32,000 nucleotides of DNA from Candidatus Saccharimonadota bacterium (GTDB lineage Bacteria; Patescibacteriota; Saccharimonadia; Saccharimonadales; Saccharimonadaceae): the NCBI GenBank assembly GCA_023898645.1, contig CP060232.1, forward strand, positions 330,001-362,000, read 5' to 3'. Numbering within the stretch: position 1 is the first letter of the stretch; each line of letters begins with the position of its first letter. The translations under genes were made by a program, and so were the position numbers. The notes below the pieces were generated by a model that searched no databases, was not told where the DNA came from, and was given only the letters and a program-made list of their open reading frames with translations. Shown here piece after piece: positions 16,377 to 25,230 of the stretch.

Positions 16377-19193
16377 ATGCCAGAGGTAATACGTGTTACT
16401 GGCGCGCGTGAACACAACTTGAAGAACATCAACGTTGAAATTCCGCGCGACAAACTAGTCGTCATCACAGGGCTGTCCGGTTCGGGCAAGTCCTCGCTTG
16501 CGTTCGACACGATTTATGCCGAAGGCCAGCGACGCTATGTCGAGAGTCTTTCTAGCTATGCACGGCAATTTCTTGGCACCATGGACAAGCCCGACGTCGA
16601 TCAGATTGAGGGTTTAAGTCCTGCTATTAGTATTGATCAAAAATCTACTAGTCGTAACCCTCGTTCGACCGTGGCGACCGTTACTGAAATCTATGATTAC
16701 ATGCGTTTATTATTTGCGCGCATCGGTGTGCCTCATTGTCCAATTGACGGTCAAGCGGTGCAGCGCAGGACTCCGCAAGATATCATCGACACAGTGCTGC
16801 AGTATGACGATGGCAAGCGTTTGATGATTATGTCACCTATCGTAAAAGATAAAAAAGGCGAATTTGCGCACATACCGGAACAATATCGTCGCCTTGGCTT
16901 TGCGCGCGCCCGAGTGGACGGCGTAGTATATGCGCTTGATGAGTTTCCGGAATTACAAAAGAATTATAAACACAACATTGAAATTGTTGTTGACCGCATA
17001 GCAATAAGCGATGACATGAAAGGCCGGGTATCGCAGTCTGTAGAGCAAGCGCTCGATATCGGTGGTGGTATTGTCGAAATATTACGAGTCGATGACGATG
17101 AAGTGGATGTGTATTCGCAACGCTATGCCTGCGTGGATCATCCTAACGAAGAGATTCCTGAGCTTGAGCCGAGACTGTTTAGTTTTAACGCGCCACAAGG
17201 TGCTTGTCCGGTTTGTACTGGACTAGGTAGTCGTCTAGAAGTCGACCCTGATCTTGTCTTTAACCCAAATTTGACCATCAGCGAGGGGGCTATCCGTCCG
17301 TATAACCGAGTAAATAGTGACGCTTGGTATATGAAACGTTTAGCGGCGGTTGCCGACAGGCACGGATTTAGTCTGAAAGTGCCAGTGCGTGAATTGTCGG
17401 ACGAGGCGTTGCAAAAAATATTGTATGGCACGGGTGAAGAAACGTATACCGTTAGCATCGGCGAGGGACGTTCGTATACGTCAACATACGAGGGCGTCAT
17501 CCCGAATCTAGAGCGCCGACATAAAGAAACAGACAGTGATTTTATGCGTCGTGATATTGAGCGGTTTATGCGTGAACGTGAATGTCACGCATGTCGTGGT
17601 GCTAGGTTAAAGCCTGTGGTTTTGGCAGTGACAGTACATGACAAAAACATCATGGATATCTGCCGTCTTGCCGTCGATGATGCGCTAAATTTCTTTAATA
17701 ATAAATTCAAACTGACCGAGCAAGAAAAAATTATTGCAAATCAGATTCTCAAAGAAATTGTTGCCAGACTTAGCTTCATGAGCAATGTCGGTCTGACGTA
17801 TCTTGAGTTGACGCGCGCGGCGAATACACTCAGTGGTGGTGAGGCCCAGCGTATTCGCTTGGCAACGCAGATCGGTAGCGGCTTGCAGGGTGTGCTATAT
17901 GTACTCGACGAACCGTCAATCGGCCTGCATCAGCGTGATAATGACCGCTTGATTGAAACATTGAAGCACCTACGCGATCTTGGCAATACTGTTTTGGTCG
18001 TTGAACACGACGAAGACACGATTCGTCATGCGGATTACCTACTTGATATAGGTCCCGGCGCGGGTGTTGCGGGTGGAAATGTCGTGGCTGCTGGTACGCC
18101 AGACGAAGTTGCTAAAAATCCTGACAGTATTACTGGCCGCTATTTGGCTGGCGTCGATAAAATTGCTGTACCTAAAAAGCGTCGCGTCACGAATAAAGAC
18201 AGACGGCTCATCGTAAAGGGCGCGCGCGAGAACAATCTCAAAAACATCGATGTTGTATTTCCGCTTGGCGTCATGACGGTTGTCAGTGGCGTGAGCGGTA
18301 GCGGCAAGTCGACGCTCGTTAACGATATTTTGGCAAAAGAGCTATCTGCTCGATTGCATCGTAGTCAGGAAGTGCCCGGCCATCACGATAGCATCGAAGG
18401 CATAAGTCAGCTCGACAAAGCGATTGTCATCGATCAGTCGGCCATCGGTCGCACCCCACGATCAAATCCCGCTACCTATACTGGTGTCTTTACTCCTATT
18501 CGTGAATTATTTGCCAGCACTCCCGAAGCTAATATTCGTGGCTACAAAGCTGGTCGATTCAGTTTTAACGTTAAGGGTGGCCGTTGCGAAAATTGCCAGG
18601 GTGATGGCGTTATCAAAATCGAAATGCACTTTTTGCCAGATGTTTATGTTACATGTGACGTATGCCATGGCAAGCGCTATAACCGCGAAGCGCTCGAAAT
18701 CAAATACAACGGTAAGACTATTAGCGACGTACTTGAAATGACGGTCGAGCAGGCGGCGGGATTCTTTACTAACATTCCGGTAATAGCGCGAAAACTAGAT
18801 ACTCTTGTTGAAGTTGGTTTGGGTTATATACGTTTAGGTCAGCCGGCCACGACGTTTAGCGGTGGTGAAGCGCAGCGTATTAAGCTTGCAAGTGAACTTA
18901 GCCGACGAAGCACTGGCCGTACTATGTACATACTCGACGAACCAACGACCGGTCTTCATAGCGCTGACGTGAAGCGCTTACTGACAATTTTGCAAAAACT
19001 TGTTGAGGGCGGCAATACCATGGTTGTCATCGAACATAATCTTGATGTCATTAAGACAGCTGATTACATCATTGATATGGGGCCCGAGGGCGGTAATGGC
19101 GGTGGTCAAGTAATTGCCGCTGGTACGCCAGAAGACATAACGAAAGTAGCAAATTCGTTCACTGGCGAATACTTGAAGTCACTCGTAAAATAA
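16377..19193 (+). CDS. uvrA: Excinuclease ABC subunit A
   Basis: 938 aa with the N-terminus [55 protein letters not shown]. It has two ABC ATPase modules, zinc-finger Cys clusters, and the LSGGEAQRI signature twice. Confidence 0.97.
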   Translation: MPEVIRVTGAREHNLKNINVEIPRDKLVVITGLSGSGKSSLAFDTIYAEGQRRYVESLSSYARQFLGTMDKPDVDQIEGLSPAISIDQKSTSRNPRSTVATVTEIYDYMRLLFARIGVPHCPIDGQAVQRRTPQDIIDTVLQYDDGKRLMIMSPIVKDKKGEFAHIPEQYRRLGFARARVDGVVYALDEFPELQKNYKHNIEIVVDRIAISDDMKGRVSQSVEQALDIGGGIVEILRVDDDEVDVYSQRYACVDHPNEEIPELEPRLFSFNAPQGACPVCTGLGSRLEVDPDLVFNPNLTISEGAIRPYNRVNSDAWYMKRLAAVADRHGFSLKVPVRELSDEALQKILYGTGEETYTVSIGEGRSYTSTYEGVIPNLERRHKETDSDFMRRDIERFMRERECHACRGARLKPVVLAVTVHDKNIMDICRLAVDDALNFFNNKFKLTEQEKIIANQILKEIVARLSFMSNVGLTYLELTRAANTLSGGEAQRIRLATQIGSGLQGVLYVLDEPSIGLHQRDNDRLIETLKHLRDLGNTVLVVEHDEDTIRHADYLLDIGPGAGVAGGNVVAAGTPDEVAKNPDSITGRYLAGVDKIAVPKKRRVTNKDRRLIVKGARENNLKNIDVVFPLGVMTVVSGVSGSGKSTLVNDILAKELSARLHRSQEVPGHHDSIEGISQLDKAIVIDQSAIGRTPRSNPATYTGVFTPIRELFASTPEANIRGYKAGRFSFNVKGGRCENCQGDGVIKIEMHFLPDVYVTCDVCHGKRYNREALEIKYNGKTISDVLEMTVEQAAGFFTNIPVIARKLDTLVEVGLGYIRLGQPATTFSGGEAQRIKLASELSRRSTGRTMYILDEPTTGLHSADVKRLLTILQKLVEGGNTMVVIEHNLDVIKTADYIIDMGPEGGNGGGQVIAAGTPEDITKVANSFTGEYLKSLVK

Positions 19194-19200
19194 TTGTCTG

Positions 19201-19833
19201 TTAATTTTTGCGTAGTCGAGCGAGTAGTTTTTCTCTGGTCTGTTTGTTGCTCAGAGCATGAATTGCCGGGCCGGCAAAAGAGATGATGACGACTAAGATA
19301 AAGATAGGCATGACGAGCAGTTCAATACTTATGCCATGATCTTCGAGCCATTTGCCAGCAAAATAACCGACGAGCGGCACACTCGTAGCCCAAATGAAAG
19401 CACCTATAGCGTTATAAAACATTAGATGTCGGTAGTTCATATTGGCAACGCCGGCTATGACTGGTACGAACGAGCGTACTGCCGGTACGAAACGCCCTAA
19501 GATGATGGCTTTGCCCCCGTGCTTGGCATAAAATTTCTCGGCTTTTTCTACGTATTCATGACGGAAAAGTAATTTGCTTTCTTTCTTGACGTAGCGTTTA
19601 CCCAGACCTTTGCCGGTCCAGTATCCTATGGTGACACCGGCGAAGTTTGCAATGAAGATCATAGTGATGGCTAGCGAGATGGAAAATTGACCTTTAGCAG
19701 CGAAGAGTCCGGCGGCAAATAATATAGTGTCGCCTGGTAAAAAGAAGCCGAAAGGAAAGCCGCTTTCGATAAAAACTACCGTGACAATACCGGGAAGTCC
19801 GAGTGAGAGAACGATGTCACTTAATTGATGCAT
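19201..19833 (-). CDS. DedA/SNARE-associated family membrane protein
   Basis: 210 aa, multi-TM. It carries the DedA motif FIESGFPFGFFLPGDTILFAAG and the later GRFVPAVRSFVPVIAGV. Confidence 0.85.
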   Translation of the reverse strand: MHQLSDIVLSLGLPGIVTVVFIESGFPFGFFLPGDTILFAAGLFAAKGQFSISLAITMIFIANFAGVTIGYWTGKGLGKRYVKKESKLLFRHEYVEKAEKFYAKHGGKAIILGRFVPAVRSFVPVIAGVANMNYRHLMFYNAIGAFIWATSVPLVGYFAGKWLEDHGISIELLVMPIFILVVIISFAGPAIHALSNKQTREKLLARLRKN

Positions 19834-19923
19834 TGTGCTTTATTGTAGCATGACGATTGATCGTTACGGCCGTTCGGGCTGAAACCCATGGTATAATAGT
19901 TATGATAGAAGAAACGGAGGAAT

Positions 19924-20661
19924 ATGAGCGAAATTACCCTACAGCTGAGTTCCCGGGAAGTCTCCGGAAAAAAAGTTGTCAAATTACGTAAACAAGGCTT
20001 GGTGCCAAGTGTTGTCTATGGTGGAAAGTCAGAGCCTTTGAGCACGCAGTCGGGCCTCGTCGAAACAACAAAAGTTGCCCATCAGGCAGGCAAACACTCA
20101 CCGGTACATCTAGTAATTGACGGCAAGAAAAAGCTGGCAATTATTAAAGACATCGATATCGACCCAGTGAAGCACCAAGTGCGTCATGTCGCTTTTCATA
20201 CCATCAAGCAGAATGAAGCCATCGTTACGGAAGTACCGATTCATTTGGTGGGCGTGGGCGAAAGTGTTGCCGAAAAAGCAGGGCTTGTCGTACTACAGGC
20301 GCTGGAGCATGTAGAGATCAAGGCAAAACCGGCTGACTTGCCGGAGGCTTTGGAGCTTTCCGTTGCTGAACTGGCGACAGACGAAGACAAACTGACACTC
20401 GGGGATATTAAACTACCTGAGGGAGTTGAATTTGCTGACCATGAGCAGAATCTAGACTTGGTCATTGCGAATGTTTACGAACCAGGAGCATTGCAGGCCC
20501 AAAACGAGGCTGCAGCTGGCGACGCAGAATCAGCTGATGCTGGTGACGTGGGTGCCGATAATGGTGGCGATAGTGATCAAGAAAGCCAAGCTGGAGAGTC
20601 TATGCCTGGCGGTAAAGCTCAGGATGAGCCCAAGCAACAAAACGTTGACGCTAACAAATAA
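19924..20661 (+). CDS. rplY: 50S ribosomal protein bL25, long Ctc form, with an acidic C-terminal tail
   Basis: 245 aa with the RKQGLVPSVVYGG motif near the N-terminus and a two-domain Ctc layout. GGAGG lies 3 nt upstream of the ATG, and TGgTATAAT lies at 19889-19897. Confidence 0.9.
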   Translation: MSEITLQLSSREVSGKKVVKLRKQGLVPSVVYGGKSEPLSTQSGLVETTKVAHQAGKHSPVHLVIDGKKKLAIIKDIDIDPVKHQVRHVAFHTIKQNEAIVTEVPIHLVGVGESVAEKAGLVVLQALEHVEIKAKPADLPEALELSVAELATDEDKLTLGDIKLPEGVEFADHEQNLDLVIANVYEPGALQAQNEAAAGDAESADAGDVGADNGGDSDQESQAGESMPGGKAQDEPKQQNVDANK

Positions 20662-20678
20662 AGTCAGAACAGATGAAA

Positions 20679-20702
20679 ATCCGCCCGAAAGGGCGGATTT
20701 TT
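20679..20702 (+). terminator. Rho-independent terminator of rplY
   Basis: ATCCGCCC-GAAA-GGGCGGAT (20679-20698) followed by TTTT. Confidence 0.8.
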
Positions 20703-20715
20703 GATTGTCGGTATG

Positions 20716-20754
20716 ACCCGGTATGGCCTGTTATTAATACAGGCCATACCGGGT
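20716..20754. repeat. Perfect 16-bp inverted repeat (hairpin)
   Basis: ACCCGGTATGGCCTGT (20716-20731), a 7-nt loop TATTAAT, then ACAGGCCATACCGGGT (20739-20754). The core GGTATGGCC recurs at 20811-20819. Confidence 0.8.
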
Positions 20755-20759
20755 ACGGG

Positions 20760-21212
20760 TCAGGCGGCAACGTGCTGTGGAAATCGTCCACGGTCTCGAC
20801 CGGGTCGGCCATGGTATGGCCGCTGATCGAATTTTTTTCTTCTCTTCGGGCGACGTAAGTCACCGTCAGCTGCATTTGCTGGCCAGACAGTCGGGTGGAC
20901 AATATGTCCATCCGATGTGAGAATTTTGCCACTGCTGTATAGCAGGTGAAAAGCTTTATAGATCATGCGACGTCGACGATGTGCTTTTCTAGATGAATGA
21001 CGTGAAGTACTGCAGACCATTTGACAGTAGTAACTGTCCGTGAACACTAGGTATTCGAAAATCATGGTGAGATCTGGTCCCATTACGTTTGCAACGTCAA
21101 GTTCTTGGAGAACGAGGCGCAGACTTTGTGGCGGACGTGAAAGTCGCCAAAGTATCTTGCGTGTAACTCGTTCAAGCTCTTGTCGGTCATTTGTACATGA
21201 CGTAGAAGACAA
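20760..21212 (-). CDS. Doubtful ORF, possibly a decayed gene; unknown function
   Basis: 150-aa ORF with a TTG start, an arginine-rich low-complexity C-terminus, and no SD. A 33-codon ATG ORF in another frame (21190..21089) and the 93-aa ORF at 20651..20932 overlap it, as would be seen with frameshift decay. A minus-strand promoter, TTGCAA-17 nt-TAAAAT (21323..21295), lies upstream. Confidence 0.25.
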   Translation of the reverse strand: MSSTSCTNDRQELERVTRKILWRLSRPPQSLRLVLQELDVANVMGPDLTMIFEYLVFTDSYYCQMVCSTSRHSSRKAHRRRRMIYKAFHLLYSSGKILTSDGHIVHPTVWPANAADGDLRRPKRRKKFDQRPYHGRPGRDRGRFPQHVAA

Positions 21213-21328
21213 TGTGTCACTTCCTGACTCGTTGGGTTATTAGGTGCTATCGCAGGGATATCCTCGCTGATCCTGAGATCATTGCGATGGCGTTATTTTA
21301 ACCTAATATCTATATAATTGCAAATTAA

Positions 21329-21372
21329 ATGAGTCGGTTCCACACGTGACGTTATGTGTGGAACCGACTCAT
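21329..21372 (-). terminator. Perfect 17-bp hairpin, a likely terminator of 21378..21881
   Basis: ATGAGTCGGTTCCACAC (21329-21345), a 10-nt loop, then GTGTGGAACCGACTCAT (21356-21372). On the minus strand it starts 6 nt after the TAG stop and is followed by TTAATTTGCAATT. Confidence 0.6.
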
Positions 21373-21377
21373 ATCGG

Positions 21378-21881
21378 CTATGCAGCTTGAAGCTGCCGAC
21401 GAGCTTGTCTGCCGAAGATAAACAGTTCGTCTTCTGCAAAGTTTGCAGTGCAAGGTAGAGTTGAGAAGTGGTTTACGAGCCTCCTCTTTCCGTCTACCTG
21501 TGTGATTGAGATTATCTTTCGGGCTTGCGCTACGCACAGTGCTTCAGATATGAAGCTGTACTCCTTGGCTGTAGGTTCAGACCCTCGATGACGCGGCCAC
21601 GACATGACGCCACGGATTGCGAGGAATCTGACCAGTTCTTTGAAGTCTTTGAACTCGCCTTCGTCGTAGAATGCGCACTCATCTGCGATTGCCTGAATGT
21701 GGCAGATGACACGGTCCATTTTGACCTGGCGGTTTGACGTTCGTTTCCTGGCGGAATCCTGCCTGCTTTCTTCGAGCATGAGGTGCTTGATGAGGCGATC
21801 TTGCCGTGCGAGACGACGTTGTTTCTCGCGACGTACGGAGCGAAGATTGCCAAACTCGGAGTCAGTACTGCGCTTTGCCAC
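21378..21881 (-). CDS. Hypothetical protein (orphan), unknown function
   Basis: 167 aa from a GTG start, with AAGGG 7 nt upstream and an extended -10 TGgTATAAA further upstream. The N-terminal 55 aa are basic, followed by a more globular part (ICHIQAIADECAFYDEGEFKDFKELVRFLAIRGV...). No family recognised. Confidence 0.5.
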   Translation of the reverse strand: MAKRSTDSEFGNLRSVRREKQRRLARQDRLIKHLMLEESRQDSARKRTSNRQVKMDRVICHIQAIADECAFYDEGEFKDFKELVRFLAIRGVMSWPRHRGSEPTAKEYSFISEALCVAQARKIISITQVDGKRRLVNHFSTLPCTANFAEDELFIFGRQARRQLQAA

Positions 21882-22137
21882 TGACGTGCCCTTCTCTCGT
21901 AATGTACTACTGCCTGGCTAGTATCAACCAGTTGCGCCATCTGGACGCAGCAAAAGTATGCCTTCTTTATACCACATAACGCATAAAATATCAATGTACA
22001 CTTAAATGTATCCGTTAAATGATTAATTTTGGTCTCGGCAAAATATGGTTGCATTCTGGTTAATGTGCGGTGTTTTAAAGGGGCTGAAAGAAAAAGCCGT
22101 CTGAAAATTTAGGAAATAAGTGTTATAATATTTCCTA

Positions 22138-23031
22138 ATGCAAAAGATATTGCTCTATTACAAATTTACGCCAATTCATGACCCAGAAGCGGTAAAGTTG
22201 TGGCAAAAAACCCTATGTGAAGGGCTTGATTTACGTGGTCGGATTCTAGTAAGTCGTCATGGTCTTAACGGTACGGTTGGCGGCGATATGGATGATTTAA
22301 AAAAGTACATCAAAGCTACTAAGCAGTATCCTGGATTTAAAGATATCGTATTTAAATGGAGCGACGGTAGCCGAGAAGACTTTCCGCGTATGAGCGTAAA
22401 AAGTCGGCGCGAGTTAGTCGGTTTCAAAAATTCAGATGATGAATTTGAAGTTGATGAAAACGGCGTAATCGGCGGTGGCAAACACTTAAAGCCTGAACAA
22501 GTTCATGAATTGATCGAAAAATATGGTGACGACGTAGTGTTCTTCGATGGTCGCAATGAGCATGAAGCAAAAATTGGTAAATTTAAAGATGCTATCGTGC
22601 CGAATACAAATACATCTCGTGATTTTATCTCTGAACTTGAAAGTAGCAAGTATGATGACATCAAAGATAAAAAAATTGTAACGTACTGCACTGGCGGTAT
22701 TCGTTGCGAAGTTATTAGCGCTATGATGAAAAAACGCGGCTTTAAAGACGTATACCAAATTGATGGCGGTATCGTGAAATACGGTGAAGCATTTGGAGAC
22801 GATGGCTTATGGGAGGGCTCGCTGCGAGTATTTGATGACCGTATGGTCTTAGATTTCAGCGATCACGCTAAAACAATTGGCGAATGTACTCATTGTGGCG
22901 GCCCGACGAACAACTTCGAAAATTGTGCTCGCGCCGAGTGTAACGACCTAGTGCTGATTTGCCTAAATTGTAAGCAAGATCCTGACCTGCTGTATCATAC
23001 AGTTGCTTGTAGGGCTGTCGTAAAATCTTGA
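22138..23031 (+). CDS. trhO: Rhodanese-domain protein of the UPF0176/YceA family (tRNA U34 hydroxylase TrhO)
   Basis: 297 aa. It has the N-terminus [16 protein letters not shown]...[16 protein letters not shown], the rhodanese active-site loop YCTGGIRCE, and a C-terminal Cys cluster (CTHCGGP...CARAEC...CLNC). Confidence 0.85.
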   Translation: MQKILLYYKFTPIHDPEAVKLWQKTLCEGLDLRGRILVSRHGLNGTVGGDMDDLKKYIKATKQYPGFKDIVFKWSDGSREDFPRMSVKSRRELVGFKNSDDEFEVDENGVIGGGKHLKPEQVHELIEKYGDDVVFFDGRNEHEAKIGKFKDAIVPNTNTSRDFISELESSKYDDIKDKKIVTYCTGGIRCEVISAMMKKRGFKDVYQIDGGIVKYGEAFGDDGLWEGSLRVFDDRMVLDFSDHAKTIGECTHCGGPTNNFENCARAECNDLVLICLNCKQDPDLLYHTVACRAVVKS

Positions 23032-23065
23032 CGAGCCGAGCGGGCGGTGCTACCATCGCTGAAGC

Positions 23066-23698
23066 ATGAGCGAAAAGATGAAATCGCAAGAGCACGAGAG
23101 CGCGGAACAAGAGCGGCCGGTCGGCCGTTTTTTATTAGAACCTGAAAGTGAAACAGTCGCGAGTTGCTCGTATGAATATGCAGTGCTATTTGCCAATGAC
23201 AACAAGGACCTGCTTAATCATAGGTGGCGTGCGTCGCGCGTGTCTACCGAAGAGATAAACGGACAGCGTGTCGAACTGGAGTTTGTAGCTAATGACAATG
23301 CAACTAATCAATATGTTTGGCATTTATGTGCCAATGACGAACAATACGACTTTTATTGTAATGAAGCTGGTGAGTGCCGTGCGACACATTACGAATTTAC
23401 ATCACAACGAGCAGTGATGAAACGACGGGAAATCACGGAGCCTACAGCACTTGAAGTTCTGCAGGACATTGTAGAATACATGACAAATACAGGTGATTTT
23501 TTTAAGAACATGTTAGCCATTCGTGAAGATCTAGAAAGGACACAGTCTGCCATAAAGGAACTTGATGCGAAAAAGAGCGTTAAGACGATTTCGCATGGCG
23601 AAGAAAAGAATTTGGCGGCTTTGAAAAGTCATTTATTTATCGCAGGTTTTCCGGTTGGCTCTCGCGACATTAGTAAACGAGGGCCGTTGATTCAATAG
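23066..23698 (+). CDS. Hypothetical cytoplasmic protein
   Basis: 210-aa ORF with ordinary composition and no recognisable motifs. Its 3' end overlaps the convergent methyltransferase gene by 7 nt. Confidence 0.6.
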   Translation: MSEKMKSQEHESAEQERPVGRFLLEPESETVASCSYEYAVLFANDNKDLLNHRWRASRVSTEEINGQRVELEFVANDNATNQYVWHLCANDEQYDFYCNEAGECRATHYEFTSQRAVMKRREITEPTALEVLQDIVEYMTNTGDFFKNMLAIREDLERTQSAIKELDAKKSVKTISHGEEKNLAALKSHLFIAGFPVGSRDISKRGPLIQ

Positions 23699-24423
23699 AT
23701 GCTTTGCGCGTCAAAAAGGGCCACCCATTGATCAAGGGTCAATTGGGACGGTTTTGTACCGGAAGTGATTCCGACAGCGCTTTGTGGCATCTTGGCAAAA
23801 ATCTTGGGTGCTTCGTAACAATGGGCCGTAAATTGACGATAGGCCGGCATGCGATCTGGCACTATGAGCGGTTCGTCTCGTAGTAATAATTCTATGAGTA
23901 CCGTGTCGACGGCGGGATGCGGCCAATAGTCGGTTCGCTCTAAACGCATGCGGATTCGGGTAGTGTAGAGCGGAGCTATCTGTGCACCAAGCAGGCCCGT
24001 AAAACGCTCGTCGTCAATCAGCAATTTATGTGCGAATTGTTTTTGTACAATTAAGTAAATTGCAGTTGGTCTGTTGTCTGATTCGGTCAATTTTCGCAAA
24101 ATTGGCGAGCTGAGATGAAATGGGATGTTCGAAAATACTTTGTATGGCGTGTTGGGGAGATCTGACTTCAAAAAGTCTTGTTCTATTACTGTAACATTAG
24201 AAAATTGCCCGACATTTTCGCGTAGCTTCGCCACTATGCGTGAGTCGTTCTCGTAGGCTATTACCTGCGAGGAGCGCGTAGCTAAAATAGACGATATCAC
24301 TCCACTGCCAGCGCCGATATCATAAACCGTGTCGGATGATTTGATGTTAGAGTGACCAATCATCTCCTTCATACGTCTAGGACTTCGTAGGAAATATTGA
24401 GATTTGTGAGCAATTCGCTTCAT
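23692..24423 (-). CDS. Erm-like rRNA adenine N6-(di)methyltransferase
   Basis: 243 aa, collinear with ErmC from my recollection of that sequence. Shared elements are HKSQYFL (SQNF motif), the SAM loop DIGAGSG, YKVFSNIPFHLSS (NIPY/F catalytic motif), and a short C-terminal domain ending LTLDQWVALF. Its length fits Erm (about 245 aa) better than KsgA (about 270-290 aa). Confidence 0.75.
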   Translation of the reverse strand: MKRIAHKSQYFLRSPRRMKEMIGHSNIKSSDTVYDIGAGSGVISSILATRSSQVIAYENDSRIVAKLRENVGQFSNVTVIEQDFLKSDLPNTPYKVFSNIPFHLSSPILRKLTESDNRPTAIYLIVQKQFAHKLLIDDERFTGLLGAQIAPLYTTRIRMRLERTDYWPHPAVDTVLIELLLRDEPLIVPDRMPAYRQFTAHCYEAPKIFAKMPQSAVGITSGTKPSQLTLDQWVALFDAQSIY

Positions 24424-24485
24424 ACATTGATTATAACCAATTAGGGGCTTTTTACAGCAATCGGAATGGTATACTATTTATAGTT

Positions 24486-25214
24486 ATGGAACAAAAAATT
24501 ACTCATGCTAGTGAATTGTTAGCTAGGCGTGCTCTACAGGTTCAAAGGGGCGGTGCTAGGGCTGCCGTATTAGGTGTCAACGACGGACTTGTTAGTACAC
24601 TTTGTCTGGTAATTGGTGTTGCAGCGACTGGTGCCGAGGCTAAGGCTGTGTTAATAGCGGGCTTTGCTGGATTGCTCGCGGGTGCAATCTCTATGGCGGC
24701 AGGTGAATGGATATCGGTTAAAGCTCAGGTTGAACTTTTTGAAGGCGTACTGCAAGACCTAAAAGGCATTATGGAAACCGATGGTGATCTTTTGGCAAAA
24801 AATTTGGCAAAGAATTTTGAAGATCACGGTATTGATGCGAAATCCGCAAAAAGTGCCGCCGCAGACGTATCTCGAGACAAGAAGTTGTTTACATCTATGT
24901 ACTCGTCGCAAGTTATAGGTATTAATGACGACGAGCTTGGTTCGCCATGGGTTGCTGCCGTGTCGTCGTTCTTGCTGTTTACCGCGGGTTCTATCGCGCC
25001 ACTCTTTCCTTGGATGATTGGTCTTCATGGGGTCGCGGGTATTATGTGGGCGGTTGGACTAACGGTGGTTGGCGGCTTATTAGTTGGCGGGTACACCGCA
25101 CGATCAAGTGGTAAAAGTGTCGTTTATGGCGCTATCCGTCAGTTACTTATTGTTGTATTTGCTTCTATCGTGACATATGGCATCGGTCATCTCTTCGGTG
25201 TCGCAATCTCATAG
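24486..25214 (+). CDS. VIT1/CCC1-family iron/manganese transporter
   Basis: 242 aa with RAAVLGVNDGLVSTLCLVIGVA, AGAISMAAGEWISV and C-terminal TM helices, which is the typical VIT1 layout. Confidence 0.85.
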   Translation: MEQKITHASELLARRALQVQRGGARAAVLGVNDGLVSTLCLVIGVAATGAEAKAVLIAGFAGLLAGAISMAAGEWISVKAQVELFEGVLQDLKGIMETDGDLLAKNLAKNFEDHGIDAKSAKSAAADVSRDKKLFTSMYSSQVIGINDDELGSPWVAAVSSFLLFTAGSIAPLFPWMIGLHGVAGIMWAVGLTVVGGLLVGGYTARSSGKSVVYGAIRQLLIVVFASIVTYGIGHLFGVAIS

Positions 25215-25230
25215 CGGTATAATAGATACG

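Noticed and set aside
20651-20932. A 93-aa minus-strand ORF.
   Set aside because: Its C-terminal third is translated straight through the 16-bp perfect hairpin and the rplY terminator. At most it is a fragment of a decayed gene.
21530-22054. A 174-aa minus-strand ORF overlapping 21378..21881 in another frame.
   Set aside because: It has an unnatural Ser/Ala/Cys-rich composition and would start inside the promoter region. The 167-aa frame has an RBS, an extended -10, a terminator directly after its stop and a more protein-like sequence.
20703-22060. I considered whether the islet is a prophage remnant, an IS element or a toxin-antitoxin module.
   Set aside because: It has no integrase, transposase or recognisable TA-family motifs. 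The two hairpins have different sequences rather than being terminal inverted repeats of one element, and I found no flanking direct repeats. It is kept only as an unexplained islet.
23692-24423. Annotating the methyltransferase as KsgA/RsmA (16S rRNA dimethyladenosine transferase).
   Set aside because: Its length (243 aa), the YKVFSNIPF context and the short C-terminal domain fit Erm better. I could not exclude the KsgA alternative without a phylogeny, so the call is Erm-like with moderate confidence.
25177-25230. The track's longer N-terminal extension of uvrC (MASVISSVSQSHSGIIDT...).
   Set aside because: It overlaps the end of the VIT1 gene and contains the TATAAT box. The ATG at 25231 gives the canonical UvrC N-terminus.
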